Shown piece by piece: positions 12,931 to 26,954 of a stretch of 64,000 bases of DNA. The stretch lies in assembly GCF_018977255.1 (NCBI RefSeq), contig NW_024704743.1, positions 1,240,001 to 1,304,000 of the forward strand. The letters are read 5' to 3'. A model generated the notes under the pieces. That model had not been told where the DNA came from. It searched no databases and saw only the letters and a list, made by a program, of their open reading frames with translations. Positions within the stretch are counted from its first letter, which is position 1. Each line of letters starts with the position of its first letter. This stretch comes from Callorhinchus milii (Eukaryota). Both the position numbers and the translations under genes were made by a program.

Positions 12931-14089
12931 AAAATTTGTAAAACCGCTGAATCCTAGAAAAGCGGCAACAAGGATGAACTCCAGTATAAGAGAGTTGAGG
13001 AACAGTCAAAGGGGCTGCCTGATGATGTTAAATAGATTGAGAATATGTCCCCAGAATAACATTTTGCTACTCCAAGTCAGCAGGACAAGAGGATGCACGT
13101 AGGGTTAGAAGGTTAATTTCAGGAAGAACGCCAGAAAATATTTCCCTACATAAAGTATAACCAATAGCTTGAACAGAAATGACGACACCAAACCACCGAC
13201 TCCATTAGAAAATTGTTTGACGCTGTATTAGGAGACAATAGGAATGTGCATTCTGGAAGATAAGATCAAATGGGCTGAAATGCTGCGTTCATCGTAAACG
13301 TCTCATGATCTCCTGTGAACCAAGGTGGAAGTCAATGTCAATGGCTGATCGGTATAACAGTGCTGACAAGGGATTGATTATTGCAGAAATTATACACGAG
13401 GAATCAAGGGCGTTGTAAGAAAATCAAAATCTGAGGAACAAGCATAAGGCATCTCCCCCCCAACCCCCCCACACCCCCAGTATTTAAGTACATGTAATCA
13501 ATTATAACAATTGACTGCCACATTTCATTTTGCCCATAGATATTCTGTGAGGTGCTTCGAGACGTCTCAAAGACGTGATACAAGGATCATTATTAATAAT
13601 CCCTTTGATACTTGATAATCGCATTGTCAATACGTCTGAAAAGTGTCTCGAAAGATTTACTGTATTTTGTAGGCGAACATAGCAGCCAATTTGCAACACA
13701 GCCACAATATCCCACAAACAGTCATGAAGTGAATTACCAATTTTATTTTGGGGGAGTTTTGGCCAACAACAATAAATTGTATTTGTATAGCGCCTTTCAT
13801 GTCAGGAGAACGTCCCGAGGTGCTGAAGGGAAAAGCTAGGGAAGACTGGGCTTGATGAGCCAAATGTTTGTCCTGTTCCATTCATTATACGTTATAACGA
13901 GGGCAAATTCCTTGCTTCTACATTTTTATTAAAAAAAATGCTCCTCTTCCAAATGACCATATCAGAATGATACCACAACTGAGAAACTAGTTTGGAACAC
14001 ACTGAACACAATAGTGAGGCTTTTCGCCTCCCAGCCATGATGAGGCGCTATATCGAATGCAAGGATTATTATTATTATTATTATAATAA

Positions 14090-14476
14090 TCCTCTGGCGG
14101 TCTGCAGTTCGCCAGATACTGCTCGACCAGCCTAGATCATTGACAAGACTTGGAGTGGCAGAGGAGCTCCATAAGGGGCAGGAATTCCTCCCCATCAGCT
14201 CCTGTTAAATAACCCGGCAAGCCAAAGCCCCAGTGGATAGGTTGCTCCTAATTGCTCCTAACCGGTGGGAGGCTTGCCAGACGGCGCTGTATATAAGAAA
14301 AATGCATCTGGGGTCCTCAAGCTTTGTCTCTTAACATCCTGTGCCGAATACTCTGCAGAATTAGGTAAACATAAAGCATCTCCAGGGGGACGGTGCGCAT
14401 TCCATTCCAGACTCGGGAACACTTCCATGTGTAGTTGGCGTACCTACGTGAAACTCACTGGTTTGGATAAATTGAA
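14090..14476 (+). repeat. Repeat family B copy (continues at ~15063-15110 after nested insertions)
   Basis: caagccaaagccc, gaattaggtaa, cattccattcca; terminal cagacacccacccggctgaccaaaaa. Confidence 0.65.
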
Positions 14477-14589
14477 GTAGGTTATTATTATAATAATAAT
14501 AATCCTTGCATTTGTTTATATAGCGTCTTATCACGTCATTGAGATGTGTCAAAGTGCTTCACAGAATATACTGCAAAGTGAATTGATTG

Positions 14590-15016
14590 AAACAAAAAAC
14601 AGAAGTGGCCGGGAACACTCGGCGGGTCAGGCAGCATCTATGGAGAAAGGAAAGTGAGTCAACGTTTCAGGTCCGCGACCCTTCGTCAAGGACTGGGGCA
14701 CGTTGGGAGGGAGAGGCTTTTATAAGCACTTAACAAAGAAGAAAGAAGAAAATGGGGTAGAGGACAGGGGATGATGATGAGTTAAAGAGGGGTTAATCAT
14801 GCAAAATAAAGGGGGGCATTGGCACAAAACAGGGGGAAATGGGTGTTAATAATGCAAGAGGGTGGAGGGGGGGGGGGGAGGAATGTAACTAATCAGGCAG
14901 ACCAGAGAGAGAGAAAAAAGGTGTGTCTGGGACCCAGATGGTCACAAAAGAGTGGGAGGTGAGCTGTTATGTTATGGTCTGAAATTATTGAAATCAACAT
15001 CGAGGCCAGAGGGCTG
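14590..15016 (-). mobile_element. Penelope-like element 3' fragment with minimal hammerhead motif
   Basis: Minus 15016-14972 reads QPSGLDVDFNNFRP-stop (PxGLN-like end of GIY-YIG ORF), then pyrimidine-rich UTR, hammerhead motif at 14694-14657. Confidence 0.75.
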
Positions 15017-15140
15017 TTTTTTTTTTGGGGGGGGGGGGGGGGGGTTTTTGATTGTCTATTTGAATGGGTTTTCCGCCTGTACCAGACACCCACCCGGCTG
15101 ACCAAAAACGATGCGATTGGCACGTTCTACTTGAACAGTG

Positions 15141-15171
<31 letters not shown>

Positions 15172-16324
15172 CGACGAGAAACTACAACGTCAGGAACATT
15201 ATTACTCACAGCGGCGCAGTTCTAAAGAGGCCCTTCAGAGGGAGTAAATTCCCATTTAAACCAACAAAAACCTTGCCCCCTTTTCGAGCCGTCAACATGG
15301 AACCGTGGTCTCGTTTTCTCTGCGTGCAACAACAGCAGCAGCAAAAAAAAATTACCCCTGCGTTCAGAGAACAATGTAAATGTGTCGCTTGTCGCGCAGC
15401 CCACCTCGAACTCCCCACTTTAACACAAACCTTATATAGCTTTAGGCCACTTTGCTTCTAAGAACACCAGGGGGAAGGAGCACCAAAGAGCGTCCTATTT
15501 CTATCACGTGGGTCCGCGACATCCTCCAGCACTTGCAAAAATGTTTCACGGTTCATGCATTTGGGGAGGACAAGTTTGCAGGGCTATGGGGAGAGCGCGG
15601 GGGGGAGCGGGATCGATTTGGATAGCTCTTTTCGAGGAGCCTGCGCAGACACCGTGGGCCGAGTGGCCTCCTTCTGTGCGGCATAATTCTGATTCGTTGT
15701 ATATCTATCACCTGGACAACGCTGAGGACTAAAAGCACTAGTCAAGCTGCCCAGGGCTTTGACAACCTTAATGGTTTCAGTGGGGAAGGATTTTAGGGAA
15801 GTGGAAGTCCTATCCCTGCACTGTATCATCTCCGTGACACTATAACCAGCTGAGTTAGACATGAACAGCCAGAAATAATAATAATAAGCCTTGCATTTGA
15901 TACAGCGCCTTATCATGTCGTTGAGGCGTCTCGAAGCGCTTGACGGAATATACTCTAGAGTGGATTGATTGTGTATTTTGTGGGGTGAAACGCTACCAGC
16001 CAATTGCGCACAGCAGTGCCCCGCAGACGTGCTAGTTCAGCTGTTCACCCTCGCTCGCCCCTGTTGAGACAAATCCCAGGCAGAGAGGGGTGAAAAGAGC
16101 GATTTCATAACCGAAAAACCAAACTTCCACAAACTCAACCCTAGAGTCAGTTCTATAATTTGCCACAATATGTAATGTTTAACTTCTTGTTCCTGTTGGA
16201 AAGTCCAATTAAAACCAAATCGTTTAAAACCATCTGAAACAACAGTCACCGAGTCTATATGGAGTGTCTGGGGTCCTATTATCCCCTCAATTATTATAAA
16301 ATAGTAAAACTCACAGATGTAGGA

Positions 16325-16862
16325 ATAGTCGGGAAACAACATTTAATGTGACTTATGCAAAGTTTGAGTTGCAGCAAACTGTATAAGTTGTAGAAAACCC
16401 GATTTAATCAATAATCTACATTGCGGATATGTAATTTAATGCAGTCGGTGAGGGCGCACGCGGTGATGGGTCAGGACTACATTTCCTGCGATTCAATGCA
16501 CCTTGACCCATCACCACATGTGCGATTACCAGGAAGCCTTGGAATTGTATTGACTTGGTGGGCAGGCCTCCAGCCTCTCTGCCTCCTGGAACACCATCCC
16601 ACCACCTCGCCTCTCCCTTACCTCCTTCAAGACCCTCCTCTTTGACTAGTCACCTTCCCACCCTCCACCCCCCCCCCGATCCCAACCAACCACTCGCCCA
16701 GATGTGGATCCCTGACTGTGGAAGGCATTATACACATGTAATTTGTTGTTGTTGTGGTTTTGTTTTGATTGGAATGGAAACTGAATGGGATTCGAATAAA
16801 TGTACGACTTAGACGCTTATGCAATTTATAAAGATAAGGTTTATGCAAGTTTTACTGCATTT
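16325..16862 (+). repeat. Unclassified repeat family A, copy with L2 insertion
   Basis: Colinear with the reverse complement of 34950-35500. Confidence 0.8.
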
Positions 16863-17249
16863 GATTCCCTCGTTATTCCCCTCTAATGCAGGCTGAGTCT
16901 CCTATTCTGTACGCACAGGGAGACCTTGCCACAATTGTCATTATGACATGAAAAGTGCTGGGATTCCCATTGCTGGGATAGAGATTTCACATTGATTTTT
17001 AAAAGGACATCCATTCTCTTTTAAAGCTAGGTTAGAGATAAAAACAGTAACAAAACAAAAATCAATAGCAGCAATTTTGCTTTGTAGCATGATCAAAAGA
17101 ACACTTTCGAGAACCAGTGTCTTGCCTTGTAAAGTAAAAATATCACGAGTGCACAATAACAAGTCCTTTCTTTGTCTTGCTAAAGTTGTCACCAAGGCTC
17201 TCTCCTCCCCCCCCCCCACCACCACCCAAACACACAAACACATAGTACT

Positions 17250-17545
17250 GCGGAGTCATGTAGCTTAGTGGTTAGAGCACTCACCTCGCAAGCGAGGGGA
17301 GCTGGGTTCGATTCCCGGGCAGGGCAAACGATAGAAAAGTTTCCTTATTCCACACTCCTCTGTTTACCTGGCAGTAATTCTGAACCCAGTTGATTGGCGG
17401 AGCACTTTCCAGCAATTGCCTGTCGCGTTTCGCCCACAAAATATACAGTCAATTCATTTTTACAGTATGTTCTGTGAAGTGCTTTGAGACGTCTTGGAGA
17501 CCTGATACGGCGCTATATCAAATGCGAGGGTTATTATGATTATTG
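17250..17545 (+). mobile_element. tRNA-derived SINE, older subfamily
   Basis: A box, B box GGTTCGATTCCC, shared body and tail. Confidence 0.85.
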
Positions 17546-17696
17546 TGAGTTCACACACTCATGAAATTAACGAAAGCACGTAACGTTCCCTTAATTTATT
17601 ACATAGGATGACGTCTCCATTATTCAAGGCATCCCAACCCCAGTGGTACAACGCCGTTCTGCACACGGGCAGAATGTCATTGTGTCAATATATTGT

Positions 17697-18050
17697 GACA
17701 ACAACAACTTGTATTTATATAGTGCCCTGCACGTGGTGTAGTCTCGGAGCACTTGACAGTGGCCGAACCAGGGGGAGAGGAGAGGGGAGGTGATGATCAA
17801 AAAGTACGGGCTTTTGGCAGGATTTGAAAGTGGGGAGGGCAGGGGCAAGGTGAAGGGACTGCGGGAGGGAGTTCCAGAGTTTCGGGGCGTAGTGGAGCGA
17901 TGGTGGAGCGGAGGGGACGAGGGACAAATGGGAGGCCGGAGCCAGCCGAGTGGAGGCAACGGCTGGAGGAGTGGGATAGGTAGGGAGGTGCGAGGGCACG
18001 AAGGGATTTGAAAACGACTGAGAGGATCTTGAAATCGACCTTACGCTGTC
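17697..18050 (-). mobile_element. L2 LINE 3' fragment
   Basis: HYAPKLWNSLP on minus strand; (TTG)n tail. Confidence 0.85.
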
Positions 18051-18264
18051 TGTGGAGACAAAGGCTGTTCTCTCTGGAGGCAGTAGGAGAGAGCAGGTAA
18101 ATCCACTGCTTCTTTATTGGATGTCGGTGGAGCCAAGGTTGCAGATAACCTCAAAAACCAGGAGTGACTTGTACTTTTTGCTAACATTTCAGCTGTGCTT
18201 CTGGAGTCAACAACAGTAACGTTATGCGTGTGTCACCTCCCTCCCGCTTGGATTACTCCAACGC

Positions 18265-18760
18265 ACTCCACCATTAAAAAAGATCCAGCTCATTCCAAAC
18301 TCTACCGCCCGCATACTGACCTGGACCAAACTCTATACCCACATCTCACCAGTTCTGGCCCAGGCTCCACCGGCTCTCCAAACGGATCGACTTCAAGATC
18401 CTCACTCTCATGTTCAAACCCCTTCACTCCCTGGCACCTCCCTACCTCTCCAACCTCCTCACTCCCCAATCCACCACCACCGCGGTGCCTCCGCTCGACT
18501 GGCACTGGCTTCTTAATCGTCCCTCGCACCCTCCACCCCACCATCGGGGGTCGTGCTTTCAGCCACTACGCCCCAAACTCTGGAACACTCTCCATCAATC
18601 CTTCCGCCTTGCCCCCTCTCTCAAGTCCCGCCTGAAAACTTTCCTCAGCGACCGTGTTTATGGCCACCTCCCACCTCCCCCTCAGCTCGGGGTCACTGCA
18701 CTGTTAAGCGCTCTGAGATGCTACCCTGCGTGGAGGGCGCTATAAAAGCGCAAGTTGTTA
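18265..18760 (+). mobile_element. L2 LINE 3' fragment
   Basis: IQNSTARILT / DFKILTLMFKPLHSLAPPYL remnants and tail. Confidence 0.85.
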
Positions 18761-18774
18761 TATTTACAGAATAC

Positions 18775-19001
18775 CCTTCACATAGAGGGCAATTTCTTGG
18801 TTGTGGAAATCTGGAACTCTCTTCCCCAAAATGCTGTAGATGCCAGACTTTTAAGACTCAGGTGGATAGATTTTTATTACATAAGGGTATCAAGGGATAC
18901 AGAGCAAAGGAGGGTAATTGGAGTTGAGGTACAGATCAGCCATGATCTAATAAAATGGTAGAACAGGCTCGAAAGGCTGAATGGCCTTCTCCTGTTCCTA
19001 T
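18775..19001 (+). mobile_element. CR1-clade LINE 3' end
   Basis: VVEIWNSLPQNAV and the same tail. Confidence 0.85.
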
Positions 19002-19121
19002 GGACCACGTTACAACAACAGGGTCTGACGCTGAGCAAGGGAGAGGCGATAGATGTGTTTGAAGAGATAATAATTCTCATTTTGGTTTAAAGTTGATAAA
19101 GAGAGTCCTAAATATTATAAA

Positions 19122-19415
19122 TAACAATCCTCGCATTTGATATAGCGCTTTTCACGTCTTCTAGACGTCTCAAAGTGCTTCACAGGATATACTGTAAAAT
19201 AAATTGACTGTATATGTGTAGGCGAAACGTGGCGGCCAATTGCGCACAGCAGTGTCCCACAAACGGTCATCGATTGAAGTGACCAATTTTATTATTTTTT
19301 TCTTGAGGGATTAAGGAAGTAAGGAAACTTGCCTAAGGTCTCACCCCGTCGGGAATCGAAACCAGGTCCCTCGCTTGCGAGGCGAGTGCTGGAACCACTG
19401 AGCTGCAGGACTCAA
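19122..19415 (-). mobile_element. tRNA-derived SINE, older subfamily
   Basis: Reverse complement head and tail. Confidence 0.8.
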
Positions 19416-19914
19416 GGTGCGTGCCAAAGTGGAGTTGGAGCTTTTTATTAGTCTCTGGACTGCCAGAGAGAGGGCAGCCTTTGTGCATATTTACAGAATT
19501 CTTGATGTCATCGCAAATCACTTTAATGACGTCAATGCTTGGGCATCCTACAGCTGCCAGGAGAACTGTTTTTGAGAGATCTCAGACACACACAACTAAC
19601 TAACTATCGGCATTGGAGACTGCACTCAACTCCATCTGCGATTCCATTTGTAATTTGGCTGGTGGAAATCACAAAAAAACACTTCTAAGGGGCAGTTACA
19701 TCTTGACGTTGCAGTTACATCTTGACGTTGTTGTGATGTTTACAGAATAACTTAAAAACTTCTTTGTATACGTGGAACTTTAATGGGTTCAGGAAAACTG
19801 GGAGAGGCAGTAATGGAGCCGGGTGACGTTGCGGAGGTGGGGGAAGGCAGAGCACGGATGTGGGGTAGAAAGAATAGTTGAGACTCTAACAAGACGCCAA
19901 GGTTCTGGATTGGG

Positions 19915-20137
19915 AGCTCCACTCTACAATCCCTTCGCCTCGCTCCCTCCTTTGCCTGATTCAAGGCACGTCTCAAGACCCTCCTTTTCAACTTTGCCTT
20001 CGATCACTCTCCTACCCCTACCCTCCACCCTTCCTGATCCCAACCCCCAGCTCGGGTCCAAATCCCTCAGTGTCCAGCACCTCAGGACGTCCCCTCGATG
20101 CGAAAGGCCCTATATGCATGTAATTTCTTCTTCTTGT
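19915..20137 (+). mobile_element. L2 LINE 3' fragment
   Basis: FKARLKTLLF-like end and tail. Confidence 0.8.
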
Positions 20138-22892
20138 TAATGTTACAACATTGGTTGCCTCTGGAAACGGGCCTGAGATAGGGCCTATTAGTGTAAAAGC
20201 ACTGTAAAAGTTGACTCTCATAATAGAAGCACCTCAAAAAAATCACTACCTTCAAAACAGCTTCTGCAATGGTACGATTCTTTAAGTTAAACCGACGCTG
20301 CATAATAAACAGCTCATCCTCACTGTAACACATTCTGGTGCAGAATGTGTTATAGCGAGGTTTGTTTCAAACGAGTCACGATCACAGGTTCCCGTCAATC
20401 CCTTCGATGTGCCTGAGCGCTCAATTATGCAGCGTAAGCTCACAAGAATATAGGGGCAACACAGAGGTGCAGTCCCACGAACCTCCGCTGCATAATTTCA
20501 GCTCATTCTAATTAGTTAGTGGCGACAGTATTCACCCCGAGTGGCGTCTCCAATGCACGACTTGGCGAAACATCAACACTTGCAAGTGTGGGACACGACG
20601 CGGGCTCATAGGGTGGCACCAGTCTCGAGCGAGTGCCACGAGCTCAAAAGCACCAGGAGAGCTTTAAATTTCCACATTTGGTACGTTTTTACCATTGAGG
20701 TTACATGGGAAAATTCAAAGAAAAATGCACCCCCAGTGCATCGTGAAGAACGCACCAGAATGTGACAATCTGTGTTTTTTTTTACACAACTGGAATTTTG
20801 GATGAAAATGTACAGTGGATAATAATACAACTTGCATTTATATAGCACACTTCGTTCAGGGCAGCATCTCAGAGCACTTAACAGCGGTGGAGCCTGACAC
20901 CGCATGGCTTGAATGCTTCGCTGAGCTTTTTGTAAAGTGTAATCAGTGACTGTATTTGTAGACGAACAGGGCAACTAATTTGCAGGCAGCAATTTCCCCC
21001 AGGCAGCCTGAAGTGAATTATCTTTTTTTTAATCTGTGGAGGTTATTGGTCAGGACACTTGGGAAACTCAGTTTTTGAATAGCACCGAGGCTTTGTTAAC
21101 ACCCAACAATTCACATTGTATTTACATTCATCCACCAAATGTACAGACAATTCACTTTACAATATTTTCTGTGAAGCCCTTTGAGATGTCTCGAATACTT
21201 GATGAGGCACTATATCTTAGCCCTCTGGAATACCCACACCGCTGTCCTCTCATCACAAAATCGAGCTGCTTAAAAATGACGCCAGTGTCCTAAGCTCAAC
21301 CACCTTTCCTGGCAACCTGTTTGTCATTAATTACCCTCTGGGCAAAGAAAAACATGGCGGATAATATTCAGTGCGACATCTCTGTAACATGATGGAGTGA
21401 GGAAGCGAAATGCCTGGTCTCTACCACCTTTCCTGACATCCTGTTCCAGTAGATTATCCAAAACTTCCTGGTGTCTGTCCTGAAATTGCCCTTTGTTTGA
21501 TCGTTGCTTGATTCACTCTGCAAATGGGCCAGAGGAAATCCCTCTGCTGCATCCCCAGGAGCTAAGACCTATGTAGGAGGACTGTTTGCATACAGGTCTT
21601 GTGTTGAGTAACACTGGGACCTCGCTGTCCCTGAAAAGAGATGAGCATAACCCGAGTGCATTAGTCCCGTCTCTCTGCTGCCCTTCAGGACATTGTTCAA
21701 GCAGAAGTTGGTGTCCACCAGGTAAGCAACTATTGAGACTGATGCCCCATGTATCTTCCAAACACTATCCTCGATGTCTTCTCTTTAGCCGGTCAGAACC
21801 ACGATTTGGGACTTGGGGACACTTTATAGGTCATCTGAATTGTGGTTCTGGTAAAATGCGGAGATGCACTGAACTAAGAAACTTCCACAACTTTGTCATT
21901 TGGAGAATTGTAGAATTTTGAAGCGTAGAAGGATGACAACAATCCCAAAGAATATTGGTCATTTATTGTTTGTAGACAATACATGTGTGTCTGCAGTGTT
22001 CCCCTACAAAATCCACAGTATTACCACACTTTACAGTAAATCCAGGGACACGTTTTGAAATTCTGATGACATGATCAAGCACTTTATCAAAGGATTACTT
22101 CTTAAGTAGCTCACAATCTTGCATATGAAAATCTCTGACAGTACAAAGCCATTCAATTTGTGTTTTGATGTTTATCTTTCCAATGAAGCCAATTATCCTT
22201 ATCACAATTCTCTAACTAGGATTAGGATAGGTATAATTGTGGGTGTGTAGGAAAGTGCATAGGAGCTCAGCATTCAGTTTGATCTGGGCTTTCCCTATAT
22301 GGCAAAATACTAAGTAGGATTAATTTTGCATTTGGTATAAAGTCGTTTACCTCGAGAAGACATCCATCCCAAAAGAAATTTACTGTGAAGTAGAGTGACT
22401 GTGTATTTTGGGGGAAATGGGGCAGCCAATTTGCATACAGCAATGTCCCACGAATAACCATGGCGTAAGTGGCTTAAACTGCAACACTCTCTAATATAGT
22501 TATCAACATTCCCTAAAAATGCCTACAATATGTAATTTCAGAGACAGTACAGTCCCTCTGTTTTGAGCAATGTGAAAACTGGCAATTCAGGTACCAGATG
22601 ATTGTCATTCTCTTGTTAACTCCAAACCCTTTTACTGTTAACACCTTTGTGTTGAGAAGCAATATTGTGACTGTGCGGTCGGGTTGAATTTCAGCTGTCT
22701 ATTGAGGAACCTGTAATTTTCCTCAAAAGACAAGTAATTATAATCACACAACGGGCCAATCAAATGCTCAGTGAGCAACGCAAGTACCAACAGGGCAAAA
22801 AAGAAAATATAAAAATAACTCGGGCATTATTATTCCACCTTTGTTATTGTGCAAAACAAGCCTAACTTTATGGTATCTGAGACTGGAGGGCC

Positions 22893-23115
22893 AACGGGGC
22901 GTAGTGGCTGAAAGCACAGCCACCGATGGTGGAGCGGACAAGCAGGAGCCCGGAGCCAGTCGAGCGGAGGTAGTGGGTTAGGGTGTAACCAGGTTGGAGA
23001 GGTAGAGAGGTGCCAGGGAATGAAGGGATTTGAGAATGAGTGTGAAGATCTGAAATCGATCCATTCGGCGATAGCGAGCCAGTGAAGCCTGACAAAGACT
23101 GGTGTGATGAGGTAA
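22893..23115 (-). mobile_element. L2 LINE fragment
   Basis: ITPVFVRLHWLAIAEWIDF on minus strand. Confidence 0.8.
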
Positions 23116-23520
23116 ACCAAGATCACAGTCCAATTGAGCATTATGTACGGACATAAAAAAAACAGTCCGATTCTCCAGATACGTAGTTAATTAAATTGCA
23201 GATGTAAAAAAAAGTATGATCTCCAAACTTGAACCAAGTTTTAATGCAGCATATACCCCTCACCTAGTTCCTGCCCTGTGGAAATAACATTTCACTTCTA
23301 TTGCCCAACACCACTGCCCACAGTGTATTGAGTGAGAGATTAAAAGGTTAATCAAGACCACAATCTTACTAAGAAATCCGCCCACTTAAAACATGCAGGG
23401 CGAGCTTACTTTGGCAGTGTACTTTTTACAATAAGCAGAGGCACTTATAACCACTGTACTCCCAACAGACATTGCCGATTGAGCCAATTTGTAAAAAAAA
23501 CTTAAATTTCATAAATTGTC

Positions 23521-24130
23521 AATAATAATCCTTGCATATGATATAGCGCCTAATCACACCACTGATACGTCTCAAAGTGCTTCACAGAATATACAACAAC
23601 AACAACAACAAGATTCCATTTATTGAGCGCCTTTCACGTCGGGAGGACGTCCCAAGGCGCTGTACAGTTGGGTCAGGACCCGAGCAGGGGGGAAATGGTC
23701 AGGGTGAGGGGAGCGAAGGGAGGGAGCGAGGAGGGGGTAGAGAGTCGAGAGGGGAGCTGAAGGCTGAAGGTCAAAGAGAAAGGTCTTGAGACCGGCCTTC
23801 AAGGAAGAAAGGGAGGAGGCGGCGAAGGCACTGGGGGATAGAGTTCCAGAGCCTCGGGGCTGAAAGCCCGGCCACCGATGGTAGGGCGGTTGGGGCGGGG
23901 GATATATACTGTAAAGTGTATATTTTGTGGGTGATGCGCACGACAATGTCCCACAAACACTGTGGATTGAGCAACCCAATTTTGTTTAAGGGACGATTAC
24001 CCTCGGAAAGCGATCCGTCAATCGACTAACATCCGTGTTCCTACTTACTGCTAGGTAAACAGAAGCGTGTGGAGTAAGGAAACTTGCTGAAGATTTCGCC
24101 CTGAGACGGTTCCAAGGTGCTGATTTCAAA
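23521..24130 (-). mobile_element. SINE interrupted by an L2 insertion (23595-23903)
   Basis: SINE resumes after the L2; atatac duplicated at 23589-23594 and 23904-23909. Confidence 0.8.
23595..23903 (-). mobile_element. Young L2 3' fragment
   Basis: APRLWNSIP, LKAGLKTFLF, (TTG)n; closely matches 37223-37470. Confidence 0.88.
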
Positions 24131-24754
24131 GCGAGGCACAGATATTCTGACAGCAGTGTCCCACAGAGCACTTTCTGGGATACAGCTCCAGACAGCCTTT
24201 TAAGTAAAAAATCCTGAAACTTGCAGAATTGTAATTGCAGACTAATTGTACTTCAGACTCTATGGTCAACACCATCTTGGTTACACTTCCCAGTTTTAAG
24301 AGAAAGGCAGAGATTCTAACCTGACACAAACAAGATTCTATTACTCAAAATAAAATCCTCAGATATTTGGTCCACATTAAGAAGATAGTAACTTCTACAC
24401 TCGATGATATCTTGGAAAGCGCTCTCTTCAGTCTTGCTGAAGGTTAACTGCATTACCCGGCAATGAGGATGGGGAGCTGGCGAGTTAAAGTGAGGAGAAC
24501 TTCAAACGGAGACAAATTTAGCTGGTTATTTGATTGGTTGCTGTTATAAATTTCCGGCAAGCAACTTGTAGAAAGAGGAACACTGAATGGGTCTGTCTGT
24601 CGTTGACATAGAAACAGAAATGCTCAGCACAGGAGGAAGTCATTGAGCTCGTGCCATGATTATCTGGGTTTGTAAATTGCTCTTTATCCTCATTATTAAC
24701 CATACTTTCCAAGTCTTTCCTCAGGCCCCTCAAATGTTTTTTTTTTAACTTCTT

Positions 24755-25112
24755 GGATGATTCAAGGTCCTCATACTCGTCTTGATGCCATCGCACCTCC
24801 CTACCTCTCCGATCTGCTTATCCCCCACTCCACCACTCATCGCCTATGCTCGTCTGGCTCCGGCCTCCTGTTTGTCCCTCGTCCCATCAGCTCCACCATC
24901 ATTGGCCATGCTTTCAGCCACTATGCCCCAAAATTCTCTCCCTCAATCACTCCCCCTCCCTCCCCACTATCAAATCGCGCCTAACGACCTTCCTTTTTGA
25001 TCGTCACCTCCCTCCTCCCTCTCCCACTGGTTTGGGGTCAGACTCCACCACTGTCAAAAGCTCTGGGACGCTACCCCATGTGAAGGCGCTATATAAATGT
25101 AAGTTGTTGTTG
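24755..25112 (+). mobile_element. L2 LINE 3' fragment
   Basis: APPYLSDLL...IIGHAFSHYAPK and tail. Confidence 0.82.
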
Positions 25113-26954
25113 AACGACTCATTCGATCCAGCCGCAACGGAATTACATCGGGTGAGAAATGCAACCCTCAACATCCCAATTATCAGTAGCAAGAAATATC
25201 ACCCAGCGAAAAATTGCATACGAAACAGTGGAAAATTGCAGTCTTCAACTATTTATGGGTTTAGGAACAACCTTTAATAATAATAATAATAACGCTTGGA
25301 TTTGGTAAAGCGTTTTTCATGTCCGGAAGACATCCCAAAGCACTTCACAGGATTTACTATGAAGTGGAGTGACTGTGTATTTGTTGACAAACACAGCAGC
25401 AAATTTGTGCATAGTAATGCCCCGGAAACAGCCTTGAAGTGAATGACCAATTTTATTTGGGGGGTTGTTGGCTAGGACACCTACTTTCTCACACTGAGGA
25501 TTATTCCTCAGGTGCTGACAGCTGTCCACATAACCAATCTTCACACCCAGATGAAACTGGATGGTGAGAATTTCCAGGCTATTTGATCGTTGGGTGTTCA
25601 TACCATGGCCGAGTTCAATCCTGTCCACAGACCACACGTTTTAGCAGTAAAACTGATTAGGAACGAAGACTCAATCTTTTTTTTAAAAAAAAACCCTCTT
25701 CCCCTCAGAGAGCACTCCTCCCTCTCGCAACAGAATTCGGAGCCAGATACCAGCAATGATTCACTCTAACAGCGAGATCAGTTTATATCATTGACTTTCA
25801 GTAATAACAATTGTACTGTATCGAGGGGGAAAGTGAGAAAAGCTTTTCTCACCTCTGAAAACTATAATTATGACAGATTGTGTCATTTTTCTCACAAGGA
25901 TATCAGACAGAGTGGGAGGACCTGTTTGCAATCTCTAAGCTATTAGGCTGTCCACATCAAAAAGCTGCTGAAATAAAAAAATATATTTCTGATCTGGTTG
26001 ATTACCTAATCGACGACAACTTGCACTGTCGCCTACAAAATGCACAGTCACTACACTTCGCAGTATATCAAACGCAAGGATTATTATTATTATTATTACG
26101 CCAATGCTGGAGTGATGAATGGGCAGAATAGGACTGGAGGAGGTTGAAGAGGTAGATGTTAAAGTTAAGACCAGGCTGTTAATACACTGGGGTATTTGGG
26201 AGCCGTTGAGCTTGTCAAGGTTAGGGGTAAAGGTACGGTAGTGTAGACTGGCTGCTGGGTTTTAAACGAGTTGGGAGTTTAGCTCAGACAGTGCCTGACA
26301 GACTGGTTAAGAATATTCAGAACCTCCAATTTGTGGTCTGAAATCCCTGCAGATTTTTTTTTTTAAAAAACGACGCCTCGAACACTGCGAACAAATGTTT
26401 TTTTTTGAAAGGACAGATTTTAAAACGGAGGACATAAATAGAGTGCGCCCTGTGCAGCGATGAGACTTTACCACTTGCGACGTATCCGTTCTGCCTCATT
26501 AGTGAATCTAATCATTTCCATTGCCTTCTGATGACACGTTGCCCCTCATTCGCTTCATCCATCTGCTGGGGTTGGTTTCCCACATAGTCAGGATATTATT
26601 TACACTTTCGGTAATAATAACAGAACCGAGAGATTAAAACCCGCTGATGCTGGTACAGCGCTTTGCTATTTTCAGCTGCTAGTGTGTGAAATCACGTCAC
26701 CTCCATCCCTCCAGACTTGTGTTAACCCAGTTGCCAGCGCAGCAAGCGAAGGCCACTCACTCCTCCCTGCTGCACTCTCTCTCTCATGTTCTGGACCTGA
26801 CGCATTGTATGATAACACCGCACTTCTTGACATTTCTCAATTAATATTTAAACCAATTGTGCAATTGTCCTCGACGCTGCTAACTCCCGCGCTTCACAGT
26901 GGCATGTACAAAGGGCCATCATCTCCGGGATGTACTTTCCAGAGACATTTTCCT

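Noticed and set aside
19692..19730. 19-bp direct duplication gcagttacatcttgacgtt
   Set aside because: Two-copy slippage duplication with no further structure
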